Source of the DNA: Lingula anatina | Lineage: Eukaryota; Animalia; Brachiopoda | Reading direction: 5' to 3' | DNA: 64,000 bases | Assembly: GCA_051362555.1 (NCBI GenBank) | Contig: CM120640.1 | Span: 26,770,225 to 26,834,224, forward strand | Shown: positions 26,301 through 41,300 of the stretch, piece by piece | How positions within the stretch are numbered: position 1 is the stretch's first letter | Layout: each line of letters begins with the position of its first letter | Notes under the pieces: generated by a model | The model's input: only the letters and a program-made list of their open reading frames with translations | Told to the model about the DNA's origin: nothing | Databases searched by the model: none | Translations under genes and position numbers: made by a program

Positions 26301-29300
26301 CATGTTTTGTGTCCAAGTGACTTGAATTAATAATGGTACATGTTTTGTACATTAATAATATTATTGAGTGCCTAAGCTCCACAGGTAGTGTTACAGATTG
26401 ATGTGTGCATGTACTAATTTTGTGTCTCTCTATCGTAACTATTTTTTTTCTTATTTTTCCCTTTCTTTTTAATATTTTTTTTGATTATATTGATTTGGTT
26501 GATAATAAATAAATAATAATAATGACCCTTACATTGTTTTGGTGTGAGAAAATGTGGACAGAAACACCAATGCTGGTTTAAAGTATTACCAGACTGAAGA
26601 CGATAGTGACAACTATGTATGCCGCTGAAATACGTACATTGGTTTTTGATTTCTTTCTTATTATTATTTTGAAGTGTGCACTCAGTTCTACTGAGGGTTC
26701 TTGTTTGTCAGCCTTTTGATGAAATTTTCAGGATAGGTCAGAAAAAAAAGTGATTAGATTTTGATGCCAATGCGTGTTTCTTATCACCATATAGATTCAA
26801 GAATTTTTTATAGGATTGTTAACCAGATAGGGCCTAATCCTTAACCCATTGTGCAATTATTGTGCTCTCAACTAACATAAATAATCAGTGATGATGATGA
26901 TGATGATGATAATGATAAAAGTGGTCCTATCATGGCATTGCGGCAGTATCCCACATACTTTCGGATAAATGACAGATGGAGCTAGCTATATAAGGAGTAT
27001 AATGAAGTGGTCTGGGCAAACCACAACAGCTCCATCTCAGTATAACTTCCAGGGGCGAATTGAGGCCATCTTCTGGGTCTTCTGGAAGACGGTCAGATTT
27101 TAAAGTTTACATTGGCGGGTATCTATTTTTTTCTGTTGGAAGATCATCAAAAAATGGAGGATTGATCAACAAAGATAATTTGGAAGACTGTCAGAAAATA
27201 TCTCTGGATCTGCCCCTGACTTCCACACTGAAATTATGAGCAAACATGGATTTCTGGACAGGAGCATCTACAAAAAATAATAATAAAAAAAAAAAACTCT
27301 CGTAGCCTTACCCTGATGTTAACATCATTGAGATTGGTATGATCTGTCCTCCACTGGAGTACCACTGCCATTACTGGAGGAGTTCTTGGGTAGTCTGGAC
27401 TGACCACTACTTCCACCTTAAGCTTAGCTGAAAATAAATACAATTCCTTCTATTATTTTTAAAATTGTCATTTAAAATCAAAGCAAAAACAAAGGTGGGT
27501 TCACAGAGTTGTCTGATTACACTGATGACATGAACATGATGGTGTGCATAGTGTCCGTATTGGTAATATTCATCAAAGATAAATGTAGTTCAACTCTTTG
27601 AAGTTTTTTTTTTCTTTTTATCAATATTAGTTAAACTGTCAAGTAAGTAAAATATATCTTCAGTTGTCTTGTTTATTGTATTCAAGACTTTAGTTAAAGA
27701 AATGAATTAAGAGAAAATGCAAAGTAGCAGGAAAAGTATTAGTGCCAGTTTGCTACATGACACAAATAAAATCCCTATACCAAAGAACATTTTTGAATTA
27801 TAATATTCTCTCAGGCACTAAAATAGGGTTTTAAAACAGAACTGCACCTTCAAATTTCTGGTTGTAAAACTGACCCACTTATTTTCCCTCTTGTTCATAA
27901 AGTACAACAGGTAAGCAGATAATATGTGCATTTTTTTTTTTGAAATAATGTGATGAAAATCAGTGGTGGTATTTGGTTGGGTTTATCAGCAATAATTTGA
28001 AACAAGTCCTGGCTCAATACAAGTCTTTTAGGTCAAGATAGGCTAAGATCATTTAACAGTCAGCCTTGGGTTAAAGCAGACTCTTACTTGACTAAAAACT
28101 GATTCAACAAGAGAGAGCAAAAAATATATTAACAACCTACATTGATATAAAGACCTTATGGTAATTTCAAGTATATAACTCAGTCATGCAAGTGTTAAGG
28201 GTACTTCTTTGGTTGGTGACAACTTCAGCATGCTCTCTTTTGCTTGACATACCAACACCACCCACATACACACAAAAGTTCATGCTATGTTTGAATTTTT
28301 TTTTTTTTGCAATTGTCACAAGCAATCAGTGGATTGCCCTTTAAAGACACCTTAAAAGAAACTGAGAGGAGAATTTTGTCAGGTACTAATGCTATTGCTA
28401 TTTCAATAATTGCAGACTGACATAAGCTTAGGATAAACGTATGTATGTTTGAAGATATCAAGATCTTTTTCCATTCCAAGCTAGTAATATATCATAATTA
28501 GGAGATAATTCAAGCTCTAGTGCAATATGCATACAATATGCATACAAAAATAGTTCCAGTAACAAAATCACAACTAAATGCTGCCTGCAACAAGACTGGC
28601 TAATATATTATTCTACATTTTTCCATCTTAGAGTCCATTCAGGTCAGCAGACTAACAGATCCGCGGATCAAATATGGCGACCAACTAAAAAGATTGTCGC
28701 TTAATTCTGATAAGACACTGAATAGATTCTCCACGGGGATTATGCAAAAAGCATTCAAGTGGATCAGCCATATCTGTTAGACCCCATTCAGATCCAGAAG
28801 AGCCGAGTGCTAGCTAGGCCGCAACCTAAATATGGCGGACCTACATGAAAGGAAGACTGCTAAATCCTGTAATTGTATCTCCGCCTCTTTCAGGCCTCTC
28901 CACATGTCGTGCCTGCAGGGGCACAGTAATTAAATCTCAGCTCAATTCAACCGGTCGTGATTCGACATGTGGGGAGGCATGTGAGAGGTGGAGTGACCAT
29001 TACCGGATTAATCAGTCTTCCTTTCATGTAGGTCCACCATATTTAGGTCGCAGCCTAGCCAAGAGTCATATACAGCACAGAAAGAAAAATAATATTTGCT
29101 CAAATGTCCTTTCTAAATAGTATAAGACAATGCCCTTTGGTTATGCTATTATCCACTACATGATAACATTTTGTTGGGTTTAGTGAAGATGTCTTGAAAA
29201 TGCTTTTGTCGTGAAATATGAAAAGTTCACATTAAATTTGTAACTACTGGGAAAATAATCAACTCAACAAATAAGCAACATACCTTTCCTTTTATGGTGC

Positions 29301-32300
29301 TAATGCAGAAAGTGCATGACAATGACGATGACAGAGAGGTGACAGGTAAATGTCCAGACACACAATGCATGTCCATAAATAAAATAGATAGTCCTATATC
29401 AGTCAGTTTGTCTTCGTTTTACAATATTTGGTAAATGGAAAACAAGACAAGAGACCTAGAAGTAGTATCCCTCGTCACTCAATCTCTGTTATATAGTTTG
29501 CATACAAACAAAACCATGCAAAACTTACCTGATCCTCTCTCAGCACAAGCAGTGAAGAATAGATCAGAATCCTTGGCCAGACAGCTATCTATCAAATGCT
29601 TGCAGTAAGGAAGAGCCTAAAAAATAATAATGAGATAATAACTCAGAATTTTATACTATAACAGCACACAGAAAAATAAGCTAGACAAAAAATTGATGCT
29701 TGACAAGAGATATATAGTTCAACATACCATACAGTTTCTACTGTTCAGATCAAATGACAAACCACATAAAAAAGGACGATGAAAACTCTAATATCTGCAG
29801 ATTCCATGAGTACCAATACTAAAAAGGTAAGAGGATGATTGAAGTATTTATTACATAAATTTGGTGTGTCTACTTTAAATGAGAGTTGTTTTAATTTATT
29901 TCTTGACTGACAAAATAAAAATTAACATTAATGTTCACGTTCTCTATAAATACAAATATAACCATGAAAATTAACAATAATGACCACATTCCCAAAATGA
30001 AAAAGGGCAGTGCAGGTGCAATGTATGTTTATGGGCCTGTCCTCCTTAACAGTTAACAGTCTTTCACTATATGCTTTCCATGCTACACCATGGCATGCAT
30101 TGTAGTGATCAAATCAGTGAAATGGAACTGGCAATGACTAGTATATGTCATAATGGGACAGTGATAATGGTAAATGGCTCTCAGGGGACAGGTTACTAAT
30201 TAGACACTGGCAGGAAAGATCAAAGCCCTTACAGCAAAGTCATCATATGTGCTGCGTCTCCAGGAAACCAGCCTGCTAGAAATCTTAGGGGGAAACAGAC
30301 TCATATACTCCGAGCTCACTGGAACACTGCCATGTTCTGAAAGACCAAAAAAGATAATTTAATTATCTTTCTAAACAAACTTTGTCACAAAATATCTATT
30401 ATGCATAGGTTGTAGGTTCCCATTTTGTCTTTTTTTCTTTTTTTTTCTTTCTTTTTTGAAGGCAATTTGAGGTAACTAAGTGCCTACATATCAGATTCCA
30501 AAGATCTGAGAGAGGAAATAAAGTTAAGTGAAACAGCTTAGATTGTAGTGTTGTTGTCAAACACTGTCTTTTTAATCAGTGTACCGAGCCCACTGGAAAA
30601 TGTCATTAATCAAAAACATTTCAGTTCAACATTCTGAAGATTATTGCAACCCCCCTGAGTGTAGCATTTTCACTTGATTCATGGTTTATATTTTAATGAT
30701 TTATGCACTAAGCAGCAAAAGCTATCAAATGTGCAGCCCCATACCTCCATACAAAACATAAAAGACTATGGACAGTTTATCAACTATTCTGAGAGTGAAT
30801 TTGAAGACACTGTATGAGCACCAAAATCTGTTTATTAATAAGGTATCCAAAGACAATAAATGTTCAAGAATACTGGCTTATCATCATAATCATCATAATC
30901 ATCATCATCAACTTTTTCATCCACATCCATGCACCTGTGGACTTCTTCCATCCCTTTTTATCTGGTGTATCCCTGGTGTTACTAGTAGAGATGCATAGCC
31001 CTTCCTGATTGCTGCTTCTCACGCCCTCCAAGAGTGACCTCTGAACCATGTTCCCTCTTTCCTTCATCTATTCCATATTTTCTTAACCTGCACCTCATCT
31101 TCCTTTCTGACTACATGCTTCAACCAACTGAGCCTTCTCCATCTCAGAGCTTCTGTAATCTTTTCCAGGTCCATCAGTGACAGCAGTTGTGTCCGAGTAT
31201 CTTTCACAGAGCCTGGGTCCACGAATCTTTCTCATCCTCGAGTCTGCCATTACAATTCTCTGGTCCAACTCTATGATTATAGGCCAGATCCAACTTCCAT
31301 GTAACAAGGAACTGCTGTCACAGGTGATGAAGAAGACTGCCATTCATCTTAAGTGAAGGCACTCCTGAGGTAAGAAATGGTGCTAGATCCTGAACTTTAT
31401 TCCATCCCTTTCAGATACGGGAAGTGATTGCAGCATGTGAGCCCCCTCCCCCCCCCAACCCCGAAACCACACCCAAACCCCACCCCCACTGCCAAGCACA
31501 TTGCCAAAACAGCAGAATCTGTTTATTACATTGTATTTCTTACTCTCTACCTTAAGAGTCTCATGGTCCCCCACTGCCTTTGGTCTTGGCATTATGCCTC
31601 AATGATTTGTGCTACACCACTGCAGCACTTGTGCACCCAGTGTCTGGAACTGGTGCATATGAGTGAGTTTATACCCACTCTGATCCCACATACCCCACAT
31701 GGGAAAGCTCCATTCTTTCAAACTTCCCTTCAGCCTACTGCAGACACCATGGCCTTAGCCTTCCCCATGTTAACTTTCATGCCCTTGCAGCTCAAACACC
31801 TCCCCCACTTAGCAAACTGCCTTGTCAGCTTCTCTTAACAAACTTTGTCCTGCAGCACATACATGCCAGTATCACAAAAAAACTTTTTTCAGGCACATCC
31901 ATCTATCTATCTATCCATCCATGCATGCAAACAAACAAACAAACAAACAAACAAACAAACAAACAAACAGACAGACAGACAGATAGATACAAACAATCTG
32001 GGGTAGCATTGGACAGATGACACAAACAAGTTTGAACCAAAAATACTTTTATTTTCTAGGTACCCTAGCAGCAGAACATTACACCGCTTTATACACACAG
32101 AAAGTCATAGAAAAAGAAAAAACTTCATGTTCTGACCAAGACCATTTTGTAACTTTTAACTATATTTCAGTCCCACTTATGACTCCAGCAAGATCTCCTA
32201 TTGTAAAATTCTAAATGTACGGTTACAGAATCACTACATAGCCCTGATTAGGTGAAAAGATTCCGAGTTTAGAAAAAAACAGATCCCTATGGAGGAATGC

Positions 32301-35300
32301 TGAAACACTCATTCTTTCTAAAACCAAAACAAGCATTTACTCGTCTACTGATCCAACAAAACCTGACATAACAAATCATATCTTTCTGGTGGATCTGTCA
32401 CAAGACATCTTTATTATAAGGATATAAAGTGACTAACTATACCACTAAGTGGTATTTCAGTAATAACACAGGAATACCTTGCCAAATTCAATTAGCAGCA
32501 ACAAGACCCTAATGAAAACGAAGTCAGAAAATCTAAAATTGCTGCATCTAGATAATTGGTATTAATATCACATCAAGGAAAAATATAGCTATATGATACT
32601 AATGCCATGTCAAGTTCACTAGGCATTTAGGAAAAGAGAATGTTACACATAAAAGAATAATGCTTCTATATATTATCTGCATGAAGTCTTTTGCTTCCAA
32701 GTTCAAAACTGCACGCAAGATATTTTTTCTCCATCTACTAAAAAAAAGGAGATATCAGATCTCAGCAACAAAAATAAAGTTAGGGGTCAGTTAGTCTGTG
32801 GGGTGAATAGATATGGTGATCTCTGCAAAGCAACGCATGACTTTGTGTTAATAGCGTGCCAGTTTAGTAACTCGTCACTAATATGTCACTCCCAACACAC
32901 CAATGTTGCGGTCAACATGTAGAGCAATGCAAGGAGAATGTTCTTATATGGAAATGAGTTTAAAGGCAAGTCTGCTCCTGACCCTATAATATTCTTTATA
33001 TATGCTAAAAAACGAAAAACAAGAAACAAAATGATCCTGCATTTTCCATGCCAATATTTGATAGCCTTACAATCATTTAATAAAAGTCGTTTTTCAATGT
33101 ACGCATCAACTTTAAATTAAAGAAACATCATCAAAACTTTCCGACCAATTCTTGACTGACATCTTTTGCTCAATCACTCAGTGCTCAACGAAACTGATTT
33201 TGTGAAGAACTAAAACGGGGAATAATGTGTCACATAATAAGACCGTTTTTAACAGATTGAACTTTACCGTGAAGTTTTAACCCATCACAAACTGTTGCAT
33301 CAGTAAACAGCAGCAGAAAGTAAGTCAATGCTAATACATAAATTGCATGTATTTTTCTTGTTACATATCTTGTCAAGTGCTTGCATGTTATGTTTGACTT
33401 AGAAGAACTTTGTATTCCTTTCTCTGCAAAATGACACTCTTCTTAGGAACAGACAGTGGTATTTTCTCCATACATCTACACAAAGACCCATTATATTAAT
33501 CATTCAATTTCTTAAAAGGATTACTGTCTGTTTTTTTCTTTCCAAAGAGTGATGACAATAGATTACATCCAATTACATAATAAGCTTTAAAAAACTTAAC
33601 CACAAAATGGAAGAAAAAAAGTAATATCTTATAGGTTAGTATTTAATTCCATAATGTCACCAGTTCACTTCAAGGCACAGTTAACCACTCTCCCATAGAC
33701 TGTCTAGTACACCTTTGGGAATCTGCTGCAACCTTTACTCATTCAGTAATCTAATAATACTTGGTAAGGCCAGAGTTGCACTATTCCAAAATAAGACATT
33801 TTTCATAAGTCCTCGGGGAAATAACAGAGAAGGAGGAGAAAGATACCAACATGGTTTATCCATTTGTATGCTCTCTGATCAACCCACCTAATGAAGCCAG
33901 CTGTTTTTGTAGGGACAGTCTGGACGCTACCCTTCTCCTCAGCCTGCGGATGGTCTCCTCCATGTGGCTACTGCTCACTTGGTCATTGGTCAAGGGGGAG
34001 GCGGTCAGGAACTGAAGGCCAGACAACCACTGCACCCACAAGTATGGATGACCAACTTTTGAAATGTAAAAACTGAAGCTGTCCATGCTGAAAAGATGTT
34101 CAATGAAAGATATATATGAAACAGACAGCAAAGCTGGCAAATATTCAAAAAAAAAAAAAAAAAAAAAAAAAAGACATTCCCATTGCTCCATTTTTTTAAA
34201 TAAACATGCAAAGTTGCTACTTTTGCCCTGAGCTTGCTACTTTACACAATCTAAACCATGCATACAGATTTGACTCTTTATTTCACATTTCAATTAATCA
34301 AAAATGCTATTACCACAATAATCAAATTAGTCAACATTGAAAAAGGTTACTTCCAGACACTACAGTAATTACTCAATCTTTTCAGTGGGGAAAAATTGTG
34401 AATTTTACAGACACTGTATTTTTTAGGTTATAATTTCTTACAATTAGAACACTCCTATTGACTGGTAGCAACAAAAATTATTGACATTTGTACATTGATT
34501 AATACACAAAATACGAATTAAAAAAAAAAAAAACGAGGGATAAATATAATTCTGTAAATTATAATCATGTGCTGTAAATCAGCTGCAAGTTAAAGATTGA
34601 TTTAAGTTTTCGCAAACATGGAGGGAAAAGGGCCATGTATACACACACAAACACACACCCACACACACACAAAGTCATATTTTTAAAGTGTATCCAGATA
34701 CCCAGATGATGATCTATCTCCTTTAGCAATTAGTGATAAGCTCCTGATCAAGTACTCTAAAAGCTATTATTGACAACAGGACAAAAGAATTGAATACACA
34801 ACAATGAATCATTTAAACTATTGGATCATAACAATTATGTCACAATAAACATTGGTTAAATCTTATAAATCCATCACCAAGTACATTTCTATATTTCATT
34901 CAAACCTGACTGAACACATCTTTGGTTGAGTGTTGCTCACAGATTACTTTTCACCAGACTGTATACATCATAACTTTTTAAAGTTTGAAAGTTTCTCTCA
35001 AGCATGCTTAATATTATTACTTACTGTCAGAAAAGGCCATATCATCCCTTCCGTGAAAAAGATTAGAAAACATCAGATTAGAAACTAAGATATGAACCAT
35101 TAAATAGAAAAAAGTTTACCTGAGTCTATTCAATTCAAACTGATTAGCTGGATTTGGCGTGCTCTTCCCCTCATCCCCAGGGTACAGGCATGTTAGAATT
35201 GAATCTGGGGCAAGAAGGTCACTGCAACAGAATCAAATTGCACCTTGGATGGAATCTGATGAAATATGAGTATTGCAAATGTGACAGATTTCCTGTTATA

Positions 35301-38300
35301 TGCCTTTGTAATGCAGGGAAGCAAATACAAATTAACAAAGTTTTGAAAGGTCTCTCATGATGCAATTCATTATAGGGAATATCTTGACAAGTTATTTCAA
35401 AATCATGGTGACTAGGTACAAATGATTAATCAAATATGTTGAACATTATTTCAATGTGTGATTTTCTTCAAAAACCCGGGTTCCCCCATCTCCTACATGA
35501 TCAGACATGAGCCAAGTTTAAAAAAACAAAACAATTATCATGAGACCCAACACCTAACCTTGATGAATCTCAGGAACCATAAGAATTGAATTAAAAAATG
35601 TGGAATTCCAATTTTCAGCGGAAAAAGCTCATGTCTGATAATTGAGGATCAGTATTTGAAGGACAAAAATGCTATTTTTAAAATGTTTCAATGACTTTTT
35701 AGTTTTGGAGGAGTTACCAATTCAACCAGGGAAAATTGAGGATAGAAAATATGGTAAGTTGAACTTTAAAGAAGTAAGTGTAAAGCAGATACCTTCCAGA
35801 TATGTTGCCAGAAACAACATCTTTTCCTGGCAACAGCTTGACAGTAACTGTCACAATCTTCAAAACAAGAAGGTAGGAAAACACCAGGTGTAAGGTTCCT
35901 TCCTCTAATAATAAAAAAATACACAATAATTATATGTGCAAGGCTACATGCATACAATGAAAGTCAAAATACATAAATTAATTAACAAACAAAAATTGTG
36001 ACAATAATAATTATAACAAAATGAAAATAAATAAAAAAATTAAAAATTGGAACACACACACACACACACACACACACACTACTCAAAAGAAGTTAGCAAA
36101 CAATTAAAAAAGCAGATATTAAAAAAAGAATGTTTTCTTTTCAACAACTACAAATGTAGCAATAACATTTGTAAACCATTGTTTTATTTAAGTGTGCATT
36201 GCATTTGGACTTTACTGTCAATGGGCATAAAAAGGAAGGGGGGGGGAGGTAAAAAAATGACAGTTCTTTGAGTTGTTTTATTATCATTTGTGTCAACCTC
36301 TGGAAACCACACAAGTGTCACAACACTTCTCATTGAGTAATAATTGTCTGCAGCTAGTGAGCACTGTGGAATGGAATTCCCTTCTTGGATAAGCCACTGA
36401 GAGAGTTGATCGAGTTCTGTTGATGGTCGTGATTTTGCTGAAATCATAGCACCATAAGTTGTCCCATAATAAGGATGCATTTCAGGAGAATAAACTGAAT
36501 AGCTCATTCTGTGGATGTTCCTCTGTAGTAGTAAAAGCTTTGGCAACACTTGCATGGTGAGGGCATGTGTTGTCAACTTGTAGAACAGATCCATGATCTA
36601 TCCTACAGAGGAATGGCCTTAACTGCTGTATCATATCAAGATTTCACTCCTGTAGTAGAATCCAGTGAAATTTTTATTAGTAATTGAATGGGGAGTGTGT
36701 TGGTGAAATATAAGCCTACCATAAGTCATAACACTGCCACCACCATACTTGTTACGCTCACTTAAGGTCAGTCTATCTGAGCTCGCCTGTACACCTGAGT
36801 TCTGCCATTGTTGTTCTGGGTTGTAAATCTGAACTCATTAAAGGCAACTTGTGACCATTCTTAATGTGTCAAGCCTCTGTGACAGGTTGCCAATGCCATA
36901 CAAGATTTTCTGTGTCTTGCCAGTAGGACTGGTTGCACTGCCTGAAGTCATGTTTTACTCCCTTAAACAGCTACTGAAAATTGGGTCACTGAGTGGCCCT
37001 TCTACTAGTTGATATCTGTAGTGTTCTGGCAGTGACAGTAAAATGACAATACAATAATGATCCTGAGCTGGGGTTGTGGCACTAGGTTAAACTGACCTTG
37101 GTCTGTTTACTTACTCCCTGTATTTAATGATAGTGGTTTCAAATTTTTGCATCTTAAATGGCAGGTGTTCCCTAATCTTTTTTTGAGTAGTACACACACA
37201 AACACACACATATATATATAGAAATCTGGTATATTTTAGGAAAATGTTGTTTTCAATAAATGCTGAAATTTTCATGACTTTACCTTTTTTAGTTTAGGCA
37301 GACTAAAAAAAAAATCTTAAGTGAAAAAATGTCATGTGGTCTATGTGACTTCTGAAAGGTGCTAGTGCCTGCCAGTTTTCATCATCCTTCAATACATTAA
37401 GAATATCTGAGAAGGTTGAGCCATTGGTAAAAACAGATTAACTGTTGCAATGGTGTGGATTACCGCCCCCATCTCTAGATAATCTATGTAGGACTTAATG
37501 GTACGTTTAATCAATTAAATCAGCTTAACAATTGCTACTTTCAAGGAAAAGCAGGTTTTGAAACAGATTATAGAGGACATTTAAGTACATGTAAAGGCAG
37601 GTTTTACTCAGATCTCTCAATGCATGGCTAACACATTTCTGATCAGATAAATTGCACAATCTTTCTGTGATCAGCTGCTTATCAAAAATACCTTACTATG
37701 ATGGTGAAAAAAACTTCACTTTAATCATTTTTACAAGAGAAAAATCATTGGTTTGCTCTTTGACAATCCAAAGGCCTTTGTTTGACTAAAAAAGTTTTAG
37801 CATTCAATACTACTACTACATATTTCCATCCATTATATAATATCACTGTCATAATGTTGAAACTGAAATTAGCCACTTATGTATCTAAAATAAAATTTAA
37901 CCAAGTCATAAGCTAATGTTTTGAAAATGTCTGTTCAACATTATAATCAGTGATCAAGGTATCAATCAACAGACCTTGAATCATTAGACACAAGCTGTGT
38001 TAAATAATGGGTTTGGGCATATCAGGCAATATATATATAGCAGTTATAAAATACACTGGTAAGGTGTTAAACTATTGTTTTTGCAAAAGATGAGAACAAT
38101 CTCAAAAACTAAATGTAACAATAGAGACTGTAACTGGACCAAATAGCTGAATATATATAAGCATTTGAAGTATGTAGGCACCTTTATGCAATCTATTTTA
38201 ATTCAAATTTAATGCAAAATCTTCACGTAACAAAACCTCTCTCACTACTTAACTTTTTCTGAAACAAAGTTTCAGTGAAATGTAATGAACAGCACTACAG

Positions 38301-41300
38301 AAAATAACAACACTTTTTTCCTTTCCTTTCCATATTCGGTAGTGTGGTTGCATAACCAGGAAATGCATATAATTAGAATTAATGAAAGCAATTCCTACAC
38401 AATATATTCTGTGAATGCTATCAAGAATACTGCGTAATTCTGAAAAACGAGTATGAGGAATTATTGTTGCACCAACATAACCCTTTCCATGTCAATATTC
38501 AAACATCTACTTATTTATCAAAGAGGGAGAGAGTGTGACAATTTGAGGGTAAGAATACCACTAATGTCTGCCAACTGACTACTGTATAAAAACATCAAAT
38601 TATGAAGTTAAACTTTGTTTTACCTTACATATTAAAAGATCAAGGCCATTTTATTACTTTTTTTATATGCAGTAAATTGTAGGGCATGGGTGTGAAGATC
38701 ATTGGTGCCAAACAAAAGAACTTCTTGAATCAAACCAAGCAGTAAAAAAACAGTAATAAAATCTTTCACATGCAGACTGATATATGGTAGTATATGCCAG
38801 TGCTACAAATTATGTTTGAAATGCACCCAAAAAATAGTGATTAACAGTCTAAGACTCATCCACAATTCATCGTAAACTCAAGGATGTGGAAAGAAAAAAG
38901 GGGGATCAAAAATAATGGAGGGCCAGATAGAACAGAGTGGCAACAAATAAAAGCTCATAGAATTTATCAAAGGATAATTTTCAGGTCGTTTTCTTTTAGT
39001 TCTGATTAACTGCAGTGTATTGTGCAAAGACACAATGTTTTTGTATTGCATTCTTACACGGCATTCTTAGCACAAAGTGTTTTTTCTTTTTGCTAAAAGT
39101 GCACTCCACCTCTCTTGCAAATTTTCAAGTCGCGTATGTCACATAGTGTCAAGGCTTCATTTTAGGCTCGTGTCATTTCCTTTTTTAAAAGGCCCCAACA
39201 GGTGCTTATGACTTCAACCAGGACTGATACAATAATTCAAATATCATATACATACTATTTACATTCATTTCTACATTTTAAATGGAGGTTATTATATTCA
39301 CTGCAGTTGACACCTTACCTTTACATTTGATTTCCAGCACCACTGTTAGTGGGTGGCTCTTCAGCAGTTTTTCACGCTTTTGTTCCAGACGGTCACTGGA
39401 GGTAGTATGGCGGCGATGCTTCTGTGGAAAACCAAAATTTCTATTTGTTAATTAAAAGTTGCTTAAGTTAAAATAGGTCAGGACTTTAACAGTGTCAATA
39501 TACGAGTAAATGCTTTATTGACTTTATTAAAATTCAAATAAGCATCCAATAAATATTAACAAGTCTCATGCAAGAATCCAAATGGAAATTATGTAAATTT
39601 GATGACAGCAATTTTTTTTAAACTTCTGCTTGCAAAGTTATTAACAGCAAGTTCCATCTAAAAGTTCAGCTGTCTGTCACAACACCTATTCATCCACTGA
39701 AATGGATATCTCAATTATGGAAAGTGCAACAAGTTTTGTACCATTAATGGAAAAAGTGACATGAAGATTTATGTATGTCAACATACACTTTCACATTAAT
39801 CAAATAAAAAATATATGGTGCATTTTTTCTGAAAGTATAATGCTGTGAAGTTCAGCCTGTTATTAATCTTGAGGTGGAAAAAGTTACAGACACAATAGAT
39901 AATGCAGGCTCAGGTTATGGCTTTGTTGTACAGCATACAGGCAAGGAAGAAGATGCAGATTGGACAGTATAATTGTCTTTTTTTGAGACATACAAAAGCC
40001 ACCAAATCTTACTTCAGTGAGTCTGTGTAAAAAATAAATAAATAATAAAAAAAACAATATTAAAGCCTGCAGAGTGGCTCATTTATCTCATGTGAAAAAT
40101 ATTATTACATATGAGGCACCTTATTGTTTTCACTATTCTGTATAACTTTAAACAATTCTGTGATTGTAACTTGAACTGGTCACAAGTTCAGCTTAAACTG
40201 ACTGCAATTTCTTTCAAATTTTGATGCATGACTTCCAATGAGACTGGCAATTATCTGAATGATAATACAGCTTCTTGCAGTGCAGAAAAGCTAGGGAAAA
40301 AAAACAGATATCTTACAGAACTATAATCAAAGTTACGCAAAAATGGATCCATACTTTTCTGATAGAATGTGGAACAGCAAAAAAAGTTAAAATTGTACCT
40401 ATAAAAATAAAACATATGCACTTTTATACGGGTATTTTATCTACTTTAATAATGCCATAGGAATTGTTTTGATAGATACTACTGTAAATTACAAAATCAC
40501 ACAAACAAAAATGATTTTTTATCCACAGACCCTGCTAATTCACCAGTTAGAGCTGTAGAATTAATGTGTGTTTTTTCAGAATGATTTCACATGAAAGTGG
40601 TGGTCTGTAAGATTGTTTAAAAAGCTCCCTTCCACCTCAAAACATTGAATGATAAGTAAGACCACATGGCCATCTTAATGGGGAATTCTTTGTCAACAAT
40701 ACACCTATTTTATATTTATAGGTCATTTGAGGTGTTTTGAGAAATTATATTTAGCTATGTTTCATGATCCTCAAATGCTGTGTTGTTCACATATGAAATA
40801 ACCACAAGCTTAGTAGATCATATTTATGGCATCTCCCCAACCTTGAACCCTCTCTTCTTTCTTTCTTGCTACATTTTGGTCAAAACAATCCTCAAGTTCC
40901 AGTTAATTCATTTACTATTTTGCCTTACCCTACTGCACCATTGTGTGTGTGTGTTCCCTTGCTAAGATATATCAAATTAGTTTTTCTATCTGTGTTCTCT
41001 TTTTTCAATCAAGAAAAACAAACAAACAAAAAAAAAAAAAAAAAAAAAAAAGAATGAAAGTGGTGCAATACCTTCCTTCTGCCAGAAATTGTGTATTTGG
41101 GTTTTAAAGTCTTTTGCGTTCATACCTATCATAAATGATATCTAAAATCAAGAAATCTATGCCATTTTGTTTAAAAAGGGTTTCTTCTAAATAAATCAAA
41201 TAATCTGATGTAGTAATGGCAGAGAATAAAGCCTGAAACTGTATGGTTAGGTTTGTTCATCCCATAGAGAAAGTTTTCAGAACAGAACTCTAGACACGAC

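Noticed and set aside
35783-35792. THOC5 donor GTATCTGCTT as a U12-type intron
   Set aside because: Deviates from the U12 consensus RTATCCTT, and no TCCTTAAC branch site was seen near the acceptor.
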